This document shows, one piece after another, positions 24,816 through 35,628 of a stretch of 64,000 bases of DNA; positions within the stretch are counted from its first letter, which is position 1, and every line of letters begins with the position of its first letter. Under the pieces are notes generated by a model. It did not search any database and was not told the origin of the DNA. It was given only the letters and a program-made list of their open reading frames with translations. The stretch comes from Selaginella moellendorffii (lineage: Eukaryota; Plantae; Lycopodiophyta): assembly GCF_000143415.4 (NCBI RefSeq), contig NW_003314267.1:994909-1058908 (forward strand), given 5' to 3'. A program made the translations under genes and the position numbers.

Positions 24816-27659
24816 TCACCAGAACCCTCCACAAGAGCATTTCCCATTTTCAAACACATGAAACCTGCTCGAATCCCTGCACACCACACTCCTGTTCTCA
24901 ACCCTCGAAACTAAAGCAGTCACAGCGTGACAATCCTCGCAAACCCTCAAGTTCTTGGCAATCCGAATGGCACCCTCATCACCCTTCAAGTTGACGAGCG
25001 CGCAAGCCATAGCAAACCTCTCACTATGCCCACACAAGGCATCCCTCCTATCCCCCTCGGCCATCTCTTCGCCCCGCAAGGCACACCTCAAATCCGGGAC
25101 GAAGCCATGATCGCAAATCTTGGCCATAAACTCCGCCACCTTTGCCACGATCATCTCGCCCTGCGGGTGATGGCTGCAATCCCCGGCCCAAAACCTGTGC
25201 ACGCCACCACCCTCGTCGATCCACCAGCTTTCTCCAGCTTGCTTGAAAGCTCCCGCACTCCTCCGCATGGCCTGGATCGCCATGGATTCCTCCCACATTC
25301 CAGCGCCAGCGTACGCATTCGCCATGAGAGCGTACGCCGCGCCGTCGCCAGCGTCGATCTTGACGAGCTCCTCGAACGCCACCCTCCCGATCTCGGTGTT
25401 CCTCCACTTGGAGCACGCGCCCAGCAGCGTCGTCCAGATCATCGCGTTGGGTTCCAGCGGCATCGCCCGGATCGTCGCGAGCGCATCGCCCAGGTGCCGC
25501 GCTCGCCCCAGGAGATCCACCATGCAGCCGTAGTGCTCGATCTTTGGAGCTATGCCGTGGTGGAGCTCCATTGCCAGGAAGAACTCGCGGCCCTTGTCCA
25601 CGAGCCCGGCGCGGCTGCACGAGGTGAGGATCGAGAAGAAGGTAGGGCTCGTCGGCGGGATCTTTCGCTCGATCATCCGGTCGAAGAGCTCGAAGACGCG
25701 ATCCTCGCGCGATCCCTGGTGGCTGTATCCGGCGATGAGCGCGTTGTAAGTCACGGAGTCTCTCTCACCACTGGCAATGGCGTCGAAGATCCTGTGAGCT
25801 TCTTCCATCTCTCCACACCTTCCATAGAAACCAATGAGGGAATTCGCCACCACCGTGCTGTTCTTGAGCCGCCCGGCACGGATCATCGCGTGGATCTTCT
25901 TCCCGGTCGCCAGATCTGCGAGGCTGGCGCACGCCTTGAGTGCTGCGATGAAGCTCTGCGCGCTGGCCTCCATTCTTTCCTGCTGGACCAAGCGGTGGAA
26001 GAGCTCCAGCGCGATCTCGCCATCGCCGGCGTGGGCGTAGCCAGCGATCATCGCGTTCCACGCCACGAGATCCCGCCGGGGCAGCCTATCGAACACCCCT
26101 CTCGCCTCCGCCACCGATCCAGCTCGCGAGTAGCCCTCGATGAGCGCGCTGGCGACGAAGAGATTGGTCTCGAATCCATCCCTGGCGAGCTGCGTGTGGA
26201 TCGCTGCGATCCTCTCCACGCTCGCGGCCTTCACCACTGTCCCATTCATCGATCTCTTCCCTTCCTCACTGGATCCCGCGGCGATGGAAGCCTTGATCCC
26301 CGCGACGTAAGCCCGCGCATCGATCGCCGAAAGCTCGCTCCTCATCCTCGCAAATGCCGCAAGAGCTCGTTGGCCATCGTCGCACTGCGCATACCCCATC
26401 ACCATCGTCGTCCACGCCGCCACACTCTTGCGATCGATCCTCTCAAAGATTGTGCTCGCCTCGTCCATTCTCCCACACTTGGCGCACAGGTCCACCATCG
26501 CAGTGGCCGCGAATCCATCCAGATCGTCGCCGGTCGCCGCGAGGAAGCCATAGATCACCCGTCCTCGATCCAAGAACACCGCCCTCGATGGGATCTTCTT
26601 CTCCTTGGCAGCAGCGATGGCGCAATCTCCGATAGCCGCCACGCTCGCCCGGCGATTGATCGCGAGCCCGTGCCGTCTCATCCGATCAAAGAACTCAACC
26701 GCCGCAGCCACCTCGCCGGATTGGACGTAGCCCAGGATCAGTGCCGTCCACGCCAGCGCGTTGCGACGATCGCCCAGGAAGACTTTCCTTGCATCAGCCA
26801 TGCTTCCACACTTGGAATACATCTCCACCAGCGCGCTCGCCACGGATGGATCTCTCTCGAGATTCAAACTGGAGAGCTTTGCGTGGAGAGCTCTCCCTCT
26901 CTCCAGGCTCGCCATCTTCCCATGATCTTCACTGGTGGCCATGCTCGAGCAAGCAGTGATCGCAGCGATGAAACTCCTAGCATCTGGTCTGATGTGACGA
27001 TCGTTTTCTTTCTCCATCCGGTGGAAGATCTCCAAGGCCATGACTCCTTTGCCAGTGTGAGCGTATCCCTCGATGAGCGCGTTCCAGGAATCCAAGCCTC
27101 GCTCCACCGGCATTGTCTCGAAGAGCTGGCGGGCTGTGGCGATGCTGCCACACTTCGCGTACATTTCCACCAGAGCGTTCCATATGCCGGTGTGGAGGTT
27201 TCTCCCATCGCCGTGGAGATGGACTAGCTCGGCGTGGATTCTCGAGCCTCGATCTAGATCCCGGATGGAGCGGCAGGCTTTGAGAGCGGCGATGGAGGTG
27301 GCGAGAGGCGGAGTGGTGCCGGAGTCGAGCGTTTCTTGGTAAGCTTGTCGAGCTTCTCTGTTGTTGATCTTCTTCCGGGAAGATGATTTGGGAAGAGATG
27401 GATCGCTAAATTTCTTTGACTCGAGATTTTCGCATCGCTTCTCGCAGATGGAAGTCGACTGTGGTACAAAGAAAGAAATGAAATAGACTGCGAAATAAGA
27501 AGAAACTCTACCTTGTTCTTCCTTTCGTGGAAATGCCCTTGCTCCACGGCCGCATTCCTTAGCGCAGTGGAGAAATCTCGCAGGAAAGAACAGATCGCGG
27601 GCGCTCTTGAGATGGGCAGGGGCAAGCGCATCGCGGCTCACCCTGGAATCGTGCGCCAT
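24816..27659 (-). CDS. PLS-class PPR protein with E and DYW deaminase domain (organellar RNA editing factor); likely ATG 27631 with intron 27511-27459
   Basis: Tandem P-L-S motifs; HSE, NLRVCEDCH, RDSSRFHVFENGKCSCGGFW. The spliced form gives a transit-peptide-like N-terminus MRLPLPISRAPAICSFLRDFST. Confidence 0.92.
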   Translation of the reverse strand: MAHDSRVSRDALAPAHLKSARDLFFPARFLHCAKECGRGARAFPRKEEQGRVSSYFAVYFISFFVPQSTSICEKRCENLESKKFSDPSLPKSSSRKKINNREARQAYQETLDSGTTPPLATSIAALKACRSIRDLDRGSRIHAELVHLHGDGRNLHTGIWNALVEMYAKCGSIATARQLFETMPVERGLDSWNALIEGYAHTGKGVMALEIFHRMEKENDRHIRPDARSFIAAITACSSMATSEDHGKMASLERGRALHAKLSSLNLERDPSVASALVEMYSKCGSMADARKVFLGDRRNALAWTALILGYVQSGEVAAAVEFFDRMRRHGLAINRRASVAAIGDCAIAAAKEKKIPSRAVFLDRGRVIYGFLAATGDDLDGFAATAMVDLCAKCGRMDEASTIFERIDRKSVAAWTTMVMGYAQCDDGQRALAAFARMRSELSAIDARAYVAGIKASIAAGSSEEGKRSMNGTVVKAASVERIAAIHTQLARDGFETNLFVASALIEGYSRAGSVAEARGVFDRLPRRDLVAWNAMIAGYAHAGDGEIALELFHRLVQQERMEASAQSFIAALKACASLADLATGKKIHAMIRAGRLKNSTVVANSLIGFYGRCGEMEEAHRIFDAIASGERDSVTYNALIAGYSHQGSREDRVFELFDRMIERKIPPTSPTFFSILTSCSRAGLVDKGREFFLAMELHHGIAPKIEHYGCMVDLLGRARHLGDALATIRAMPLEPNAMIWTTLLGACSKWRNTEIGRVAFEELVKIDAGDGAAYALMANAYAGAGMWEESMAIQAMRRSAGAFKQAGESWWIDEGGGVHRFWAGDCSHHPQGEMIVAKVAEFMAKICDHGFVPDLRCALRGEEMAEGDRRDALCGHSERFAMACALVNLKGDEGAIRIAKNLRVCEDCHAVTALVSRVENRSVVCRDSSRFHVFENGKCSCGGFW

Positions 27660-27730
27660 TGCCCAAGAACCCTAATCCCCATTTCTCTACGCGGGGGTTT
27701 TAGCTGCTCTGTTTTTCTAGGGTTAGGTCG
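27660..27730. promoter_or_regulatory. Very short bidirectional intergenic region with telo-box-like motifs
   Basis: Divergent ATGs ~70-100 bp apart; AACCCTAA (27668-27675) and TAGGGTTAG (27718-27726). Confidence 0.5.
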
Positions 27731-28931
27731 ATGCTGCTACTGGCGCTATGGGCGACGCTGGCGACGATCGCGTCCACAACCGGTGAGACTAGCCCTCTCT
27801 CCAATTGGATTGATGTGATCGCATTCTTCGGGCAGGAGAGGTATGCGTCTCGCAAGGCAATCGATTCCCGAAATTCTCCCTGGAGGGGTGGGCTCCTCGC
27901 AAATCGCCCCGCGGCACAGACGCGCTGAAGCTGTGTAGGATCTTCAGCGGCAGGACGTGCTGCACAGGGATCCAGACGCAACACGCGCTGCTAGCACTGA
28001 GAAATCTGGCCGTGAATGGAGAGGGCGATGAGGTGTGCCAGTCCGTGTGGGAAGTTCTCGAGTGCTCCGTGTGTCATCCTCGGGTTGGAACTTCGGCGGG
28101 GCCTCCAGCGATCTGCCAGGATTTTTGCAATGTGGTATTCTCGTCTTGCTCCTCGGCATTCTTCGCCATGGATCAACCCAAGCAAGTAAGCTTTTTTCTT
28201 TCCTTTCTTTCTTCCTTTAACACCATCTTAGTTCTTCTCGAGCTTTTTTTCTTTGTTTTCTCTTCTTCCGATCATCTTGCTTCCTGCTTTTGTTAAGTTT
28301 TTCTCTTCGTCAGAGTCTTCGTCACCTCATTCTTCTCGAGCTTTGGTTTTTTCTTTGGTTTTGGCTTTGGTGTTGGTTTTTGGTTGCTTCCTATCTTCTC
28401 GCATTGTAGAGGAAGGACTGATATCTTTCGATTCATACAGGCTCTGCTACCTTGCGGCTCGTCCGAGATTATCTGCGCGCAAGGAACGGAGTGGACAAGG
28501 AACAGTAGCCACTTCTGCGAGTTAGCCGGCTTCCGAGTGGTGGAACGCGCAAGCGGAGAGTTTTGCTACGATGGAACGCCAGGGGAATCACTGGAGAAGA
28601 CGAGTCCATCAAGCAAAGATCAGAAAACGAAGAAGCAGAAGAAGCAAGGCAGAACGCCGAGTCCGGAAAGCCCGAGCAAGAAGTTTGATCGCGCGTTCCT
28701 GATGACGGACAAGGTTCTCTGGGCGGTCGCAGGCCTCGTTCTCACAGCCGGTGCCGTGCTCTTCAGGTGAATTTTTTTTTTTCTTTCTTCTCCTTTTTCT
28801 TAGGCTGAGTCGCTTTGTGTTTTGGATCCAGGCAAAGAGGATCACGATCTCGGCAGCGTCGAGCCGCACTGATGAAATCATTGAAAGAGGCGCGAGCTTC
28901 TCAGCAGGCGGCGTACGATAAGAAAAGCTAA
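27731..28931 (+). CDS. Plant folate-receptor-family Cys-rich membrane protein, ~4 exons
   Basis: Signal peptide, VCVSQGNRFP..LCRIF..TCC, LECSVCHP.VG..GPP.IC..FC, FCELAGF, CYDG, C-terminal TM WAVAGLVLTAG; GT-AG introns. Confidence 0.82.
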
Positions 28932-29618
28932 GCTTTTCTTGTGTATTTTTACTTCTGTAAAGATGCATTTGTTATTTGCATCTCTAAAGAAATGGCGCGT
29001 CGACCTTACCAGGACTCAAAAGCGGAAGCCGTTGATGCTTGGTTTGCAGCTTGTCATGCTGCCATAGTTTCTTTCTTTATAGCTGAACAGGAAGCATTGC
29101 TTGAGAGTACGCAGAGGTCCAATGCTTCACTGCGAAGGAGGGCCCTTCACACTTCACTGATTCCTGACAATCCTCCTCCACAGCTCTTACTCTTCCAGAG
29201 GAAAGTTCTTGATCAAAGTTGTGTTTCTTATTTATTTCTTTAAAATTCAAGAAAATGCTTCTCTAATATGGTGCTACCGACCCTGGTGGAAATCAACTGC
29301 ACAAAGGCGGGCCGGCACTAGGCATAGGAATAGTTTGATATACGCGTTGTTTTGCGACTCCCTACACACTGGATTTGGTCATCCTCGGAAACATCAGTTT
29401 GACAAAGTCAGTGTTTTTCTGCAACTATATAAACGATCATAGCTTTGAGATCCTACCAAGCATCTCATCCCAAGCCACCAAACATTTCAGGGCAACATTT
29501 CATCTCTCAGGAGCAACAAGGAGCTTCTCAAGAAAGAACAACATCGATCTGCTAAATCTCCTGGTTTCTATCACCAAGAAAGCAAAGCGAAGCGAGTTTT
29601 CAAAACAAGATCATCTCC

Positions 29619-30278
29619 ATGTCTAGTTCCCGTGCAATTCTCCTCGCGATCCTCGTCACCATCTCTGCTGCATTCTCACTCGCCGACCCGGACGCACTCC
29701 AAGACTTTTGCGTGCGCGACACCAGCGCCACTGCCCCCATCATCAACGGCTTCACCTGCAAGCCCGCTGCCGCCACCGCCGCTGCCGACTTCAAGTTCTC
29801 GGGCCTCCAGAAATCCGGGAACACCAACAACAAGCTTGGCTCCGCCGTCACCGCCGCAAACGTGATCTCCTTCCCGGGGCTCAACACCCTCGGAGTCTCC
29901 TTCGCAAGGGCCGACTACGCTCCATTCGGTGTCAATGCACCGCACGTCCATCCCCGGGGCACTGAGATCCTCTACGTTCAGCAGAGGACTCTCTACGCGG
30001 GATTCGTGAGCACCACCAACAACACGCTCTTCGCGCAGACCTTGCATCCGGGTGACCTCTTCGTGTTCCCTCGGGGCCTTGTGCACTTCCAGCTCAATGT
30101 CGGCGAGACCCCCGCCGTGGCTCTCGCGGGATTCAACTCCCAGAACGCAGGTGTCACCGCAGTTGCCAAGGCCGTGTTTGCGTCCAATCCCGCCATCACC
30201 GATGCTGTGCTTGAGAAGGCGTTTCAGATCAATCCGGAGCTCGTCGACCGCCTCCGGGAGGTCATCATGGCCACTTGA
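29619..30278 (+). CDS. Germin-like protein, intact ORF (G>R change in YVQQRT)
   Basis: Near-identical to 23410-24069, no frameshift. Confidence 0.88.
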   Translation: MSSSRAILLAILVTISAAFSLADPDALQDFCVRDTSATAPIINGFTCKPAAATAAADFKFSGLQKSGNTNNKLGSAVTAANVISFPGLNTLGVSFARADYAPFGVNAPHVHPRGTEILYVQQRTLYAGFVSTTNNTLFAQTLHPGDLFVFPRGLVHFQLNVGETPAVALAGFNSQNAGVTAVAKAVFASNPAITDAVLEKAFQINPELVDRLREVIMAT

Positions 30279-30465
30279 AAGAAAGAAGTGTGTTTCTCTT
30301 TGTGTATGATATTCTTTTTCCCCATTTGGATAAAACTAAATTTTGTTTCGAATATCTGGTTTTGTTAGCCACCTTTCCGCTAAAATTACAAAAACATTCA
30401 TGTAAACTACGCATTTTTAAATGATGCTCTGTTCTCCAACCGAATGTCCTATGCCCGTCCTATTC

Positions 30466-31509
30466 CTATGCGTGCATTTGCCGGAAGGGGCAGCGCAAGC
30501 CTCCATCGTAGTATGGTCCAAGTTTGCCTGATTTCAGCGCTCCCAGCTCCGCCAGCTTGTATCCCTTCTCGAATGCTGGTGGGCGATACACATTCACGTT
30601 GAGCTGCCGGTACTCTTCCGGATTGGCAGCGGGATTGGGACACCAGTCCACCTCAATGCTGCCCTTTGCATCCTCCACACGTCTGGGAGGCAAGAACGCG
30701 GACACGAAGCTCCCGGCCAGCAGCTTGAACGCACCCAAGATGATCCACTCCACAATTGCTGGAGGCCTTTCCAATCCAACAGCGCTCCTGATTGTGGGAT
30801 CGATGAGTGCACAGATCCCAGTCTCGACCAGCGGCTGCACGGGGTGAGGAAATGCATCCAGCACCAGATGCTTGAGATCCTGGACGATGCTCTTGTTCTT
30901 GTCCGTGAAGATGGCGTTCTTGGCCTCGTAATCGCGAATGTACTCCCGCATCTCTGGAATGCTATCTGGGATGGTTGTGATGCCCATCCTCACGCCCACG
31001 TCGTGCCACACAACATACGCGGCCTCCTTCTCGCTGTCGGTCCACTTGCGGAATCCAAATCTCTCGGAGAAATCAATGGGGCTGACCACGTTGAGGCAGA
31101 GGACGTAGGCGAATTGGTCGTTTGGGATCTTGAATTTGTTGTGGATTCCATTCAATCTCCTCACCGCGTACGAGCCGCGATCGCTGTCGACGTGGTGGTG
31201 GATCATCTCGCTCACCAGAATGTTGGTTTCGGCGGCGCGCTTCTGCGGATCCTTGAGGCCGTACTTGGTCTTGAAGAGCAGATTTGTGATCCCCGGGATG
31301 CCCAGCGTGCGGATTGTGCCAAACTCGAGCGCCTTTTGCGAGAGGAAGGGGAATTCCACCGAGTACATGTACCACAGGATCTTGTGTGCGTCTCTCACGG
31401 GGTGGAGCGACGCTAGAAATCGTGCCCTCTCTTCTCTCTTGCGGATACACACCATCTTCCATGCTGCAGCCACCACGAGAAACGCAATCATCAACGCGAT
31501 TGCAGCCAT
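30466..31509 (-). CDS. MpaB/DUF2236-family oxygenase, array copy 1
   Basis: Intact 347-aa ORF from MAAIALM. Confidence 0.85.
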   Translation of the reverse strand: MAAIALMIAFLVVAAAWKMVCIRKREERARFLASLHPVRDAHKILWYMYSVEFPFLSQKALEFGTIRTLGIPGITNLLFKTKYGLKDPQKRAAETNILVSEMIHHHVDSDRGSYAVRRLNGIHNKFKIPNDQFAYVLCLNVVSPIDFSERFGFRKWTDSEKEAAYVVWHDVGVRMGITTIPDSIPEMREYIRDYEAKNAIFTDKNKSIVQDLKHLVLDAFPHPVQPLVETGICALIDPTIRSAVGLERPPAIVEWIILGAFKLLAGSFVSAFLPPRRVEDAKGSIEVDWCPNPAANPEEYRQLNVNVYRPPAFEKGYKLAELGALKSGKLGPYYDGGLRCPFRQMHA

Positions 31510-31869
31510 GTTGAAATTGATCGATCTGATCAACTTGATTGGAGAATGGCTGCTTTTGTTTTCTACTCCTCTGTGGGTTGAGGAAACAGAGGCTGGAGAA
31601 GGGTCTTTTATACTATCCGAGCTATCAGCCACGTTTTTTTATTTCCGTGTGATCCGTATTTTGTACCATACACGTAGCCATATACTTGGGAGAGAAATCT
31701 TTTTTGTTCTATTCGGTGCACGTTTTCCATACAGTTATCTGGTCCATGCAATATATCGGTCCTACCAACTTCGTTTAAGATAGTTTCACCATCCACAAAG
31801 TAATGCGGATAATCTTAATTACAAGGTTTCCACGAGATATAATCCCACGGGCTTTTCTTCCTTGCCTTC

Positions 31870-32350
31870 GCCCCTCCTCCTCCTCCTCTTCCTTCATCAC
31901 GGGTTTGTATGCCTCCCCCGTGTCTTCCGGACACGACTTGATCCACTGGCTGCAAATCGGGCACTTCATCTGGATGGTCGATATTTGCACCGCGCACTCC
32001 TCACACATGAGATGGTTGCACGGCAGCAGCGCTTTTGTTCTCGTCCCCTCCCCGCATACACTGCACTCAGGATCATATTTATCCTGTAGCTGGCATTCGG
32101 CTTAGGCACCGTACAGCGTACGATGGGCTGCCACCCTTCCGCCATAGCCGTGATCTTGGCCCCGAGCACGTACTTGATGGCAGCGAAGCCGTAATCTCCA
32201 ACTGCCCGAATCTCCAAGGATTGTCGTGAGGATGAGATCCACGAAGGAGCCCTAGTCGAAGAACCAGCTCAATCCCAGGCCAAAGACCGTAAGCTTGTGA
32301 TATTGGGGTGATCTTGGTGAGATCTGGGAAGAGTGATTGTTGATGTGTTC
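31870..32350 (-). pseudogene. RING-finger remnant (recurs in each unit)
   Basis: CEECAVQ..CPICSQW with indels upstream. Confidence 0.7.
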
Positions 32351-32734
32351 TTGTTGTTGCTGCCTGCTAAAGGAAGTTGTGGTTTTACTACCTTGTTGTT
32401 GCTGCCTACCTAAGTGGTTTTACTACTTTCAATCTTGATTTTTTTGTTGTTTCCATAGCTAAAAATTGTAAGAAATAGTTAACACAACTCAAGCTACTTC
32501 TCTCTACACTTGTTATGCAGGCAACAATGACTAGTGGCTGGCTCACTGGTTTGATCGAGCATGATAGTAAGGACTTCATACTGCCACTGCTTCTTTCCCC
32601 GCTGCTGGGCGGCCTTTTAAGCGAGTTGCTCGTATTTAACCCAGGGCACAAAATGTGGAGCATAGTCATTATGTCACCAAACTTTCAAGTAATCCCCATC
32701 ATTCTGTGAAGTTTTACTCATCGAGATTTGGTTC

Positions 32735-33235
32735 TTGCTCAAGCTGGGTCCTCCCTACAGCTGCCGCATAGATATTGGCCATGAGAACGTAAGCTCAAAC
32801 ACCACCCTTCCAAACTCCATATTCTTCCAATTCGCACACGCGCCAGCACCACCATCCAAATCCTCACGTTTGCTTCCACCGGCATGCTCCTCAAAACACC
32901 TACAGCCTCCTCGATTTGGTTTTCTCCTCCCAGCAAATCCACCAGGCAAGTGCAAGTGCAGTGCTCGATCCCAAGAGCTAAATCGCATGTTTTCTTCAGC
33001 ATCTCGAAGAGCTCCCTGCCTGGATCGACCAGTCCGGCAACCGTGAGAACCAAGAGGAATGTTGGAGCATCCAGCTTGCACCACTCCTCTTGCATCCTCC
33101 CGAACAATTCAAACACCTTGGCGGTGTTTCGTGGATGGCGGTACCCTGCTATCAGTGCGTTCCAAGTTACCGACTCTCGCCTCCCCTCAAGAGTGGCAAA
33201 CACTCGCCGGGCTTCCACCATGCTGCCGCATTGGC
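32735..33235 (-). pseudogene. PPR 3' fragment (long unit type)
   Basis: Degenerate copy of ~52850-53400. Confidence 0.85.
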
Positions 33236-34780
33236 CGTAGACAAAACCAGTATAAAAGGCACATTCTCTACGATAAAAATCTCCACACTGTCTGCGTCCT
33301 AGTTCCTGACCAAGCTCCGGCCGATTTTCAGCAGCCTCTTTAAGCCCGAGTCATTGCTCTTGATCTTGTGCGGGACGTAGATCACTTCCACATCCGGAGG
33401 GATTGGTCTCGCTGCTATCATGCCTTGCACTCGCGGCTGGAAGCTCGCGGCCTTGATCTCTTGCTGCGAGCTTCCATCCTTTGTCGCCATCTTAGTTCTT
33501 TTTCTTTCTTTCTTCTCTCTTCGCGATTGTTTCCTCTTATCTTGCTTCGAGCTTTTGTTAAGTTTTCAGTCTTCTTCATCACTTGATTCTTCTCGAGCTT
33601 TTGGTTTTGTTGGTTTTGGGTTTGGGTTCTCTAAAATGCAAGAAGATAAGCAACAGGAAGGACTGATATCTTTCGATTCATACAGGCTCTGTTATCCGAG
33701 GTTATCTGCGTGCAAGGAACGGAGCAAGGAACAGTAGCCACGTCTGCGAGTTAGATGGCTTTTGAGTGGTGGAACGCCTGCAACCGCCCAGAGAACTCTG
33801 TCCGTCATCAGGAAGGCGCGACCAAACTTCTTGCTTGGGCTTCCTGGACTCGCCGTTCGTTCGTGCTTCTTCTTTTTCTGATCTTGCTTGTCCAATGACT
33901 CCCCTGGCATTCCATTGTAGCAAACCTCTCCGCTTGCGCCTCGTTCTCACTGCCGGTGCCATGCTCTTCAGGTGAAAAAAAGTACTTTTTCTCCTTTTTT
34001 GAGGCTTATAGTCGCTTTGTGTTTGATCCGGGCGCAGCGTTGAGCGGCACTAATGAAATCACTGAAAGAGGCCAGAGCTTCTCGCATTTGTTATTTGCCA
34101 CATCAGCAAATATAACTCCACGTCAGCACTAAATCAGGACCCAACATGTTCAACATGACTCAAAAGAGGAAGCGATTGATGCTTGGTTTTCATCGCATAG
34201 TTTCTTTCTTTTTTTTTTCTAGCTGAAGAGGAACAATACGTTCAGAGTAAATGCTCGTGAGTATATTGGGCTTTTCATGCTTCACTGCAAAAGAGGGCCC
34301 TTCACACTTCACTGATTCCTGACGATCCTCCTCCACAGCTCTTACTCTTCCAGAGGAAAGTTCTTGATCAAAGTTGTGTTTCTTATTTATTTCTTTAAAA
34401 TCCAAGAAAATGCTTCTTTAATATGGTGCTACCGACCATGGTGGAGATGAACTGCACAAAGGTGGGCCGGCACCAGGCATAGGAATAGTTTGATATACGC
34501 ATTGCCTTTTGTTTTGCAACTCCCTACACACTGGATTTCGTCATCCTCGGAAACATCAGTTTGACAAAGTCAGTGTTTTTCTGCAACTATATAAACGATC
34601 ATAGCTTTGAGATCCTACCAAGCATCTCATCCCAAGCCACCAAACATTTCAGGGCAACATTTCATCTCTCAGGAGCAACAAGGAGCTTCTCAAGAAAGAA
34701 CAACATCGATCTGCTAAATCTCCTGGTTTCTATCACCAAGAAAGCAAAGCGAAGAGAGTTTTCAAAACAAGATCATCTCC

Positions 34781-35441
34781 ATGTCTAGTTCCCGTGCAAT
34801 TCTCCTCGCGATCCTCGTCACCATCTCTGCTGCATTCTCACTTGCCGACCCGGACGCACTCCAAGACTTTTGCGTGCGCGACACCAGCGCCACTGCCCCC
34901 ATCATCAACGGCTTCACCTGCAAGCCCGCTGCCGCCACCGCCGCTGCCGACTTCAAAGTTCTCGGGCCTTCAGAAATCCGGGAACACCAACAACAAGCTT
35001 GGCTCCGCCGTCACCGCCGCAAACGTGACCTCCTTCCCGGGGCTCAACACCCTCGGAGTCTCCTTCGCAAGGGCCGACTACGCTCCATTCGGTGTCAATG
35101 CACCGCACGTCCATCCCCGGGGCACTGAGATCCTCTACGTTCAGCAGGGGACTCTCTACGCGGGATTCGTGAGCACCACCAACAACACGCTCTTCGCGCA
35201 GACCTTGCATCCGGGTGATCTCTTCGTGTTCCCTCGGGGCCTTGTGCACTTCCCGCTCAATGTCGGCGAGACCCCCGCCGTGGCTCTCGCGGGATTCAAC
35301 TCCCAGAACGCAGGTGTCACCGCAGTTGCCAAGGCCGTGTTTGCGTCCAATCCCGCCATCACCGATGCTGTGCTTGAGAAGGCGTTTCAGATCAATCCGG
35401 AGCTCGTCGACCGCCTCCGGGAGGTCATCATGGCCACTTGA
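34781..35441 (+). pseudogene. Germin-like protein, +1 frameshift
   Basis: TTCAAAGTT versus TTCAAGTT at 34955-34957; also HFQL>HFPL. Confidence 0.9.
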
Positions 35442-35628
35442 AAGAAAGAAGTGTGTTTCTCTTTGTGTATGATATTCTTTTTCCCCATTTGGATAAAACT
35501 AAATTTTGTTTCGAATATCTGGTTTTGTTAGCCACCTTTCCGCTAAAATTACAAAAAGATTCATGTAAACTACGCATTTTTAAATGATGCTCTGTTCTCC
35601 GACCGAATGTCCTATGCCCGTCCTATTC

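Noticed and set aside
24927-27227. 766-aa plus-strand ORF
   Set aside because: Antisense shadow of the GC-rich PPR-DYW gene; no recognisable motifs
34781-35441. Programmed ribosomal frameshift rescuing the GLP
   Set aside because: No canonical slippery heptamer; intact paralogues lack the extra A; additional damaging substitutions are present
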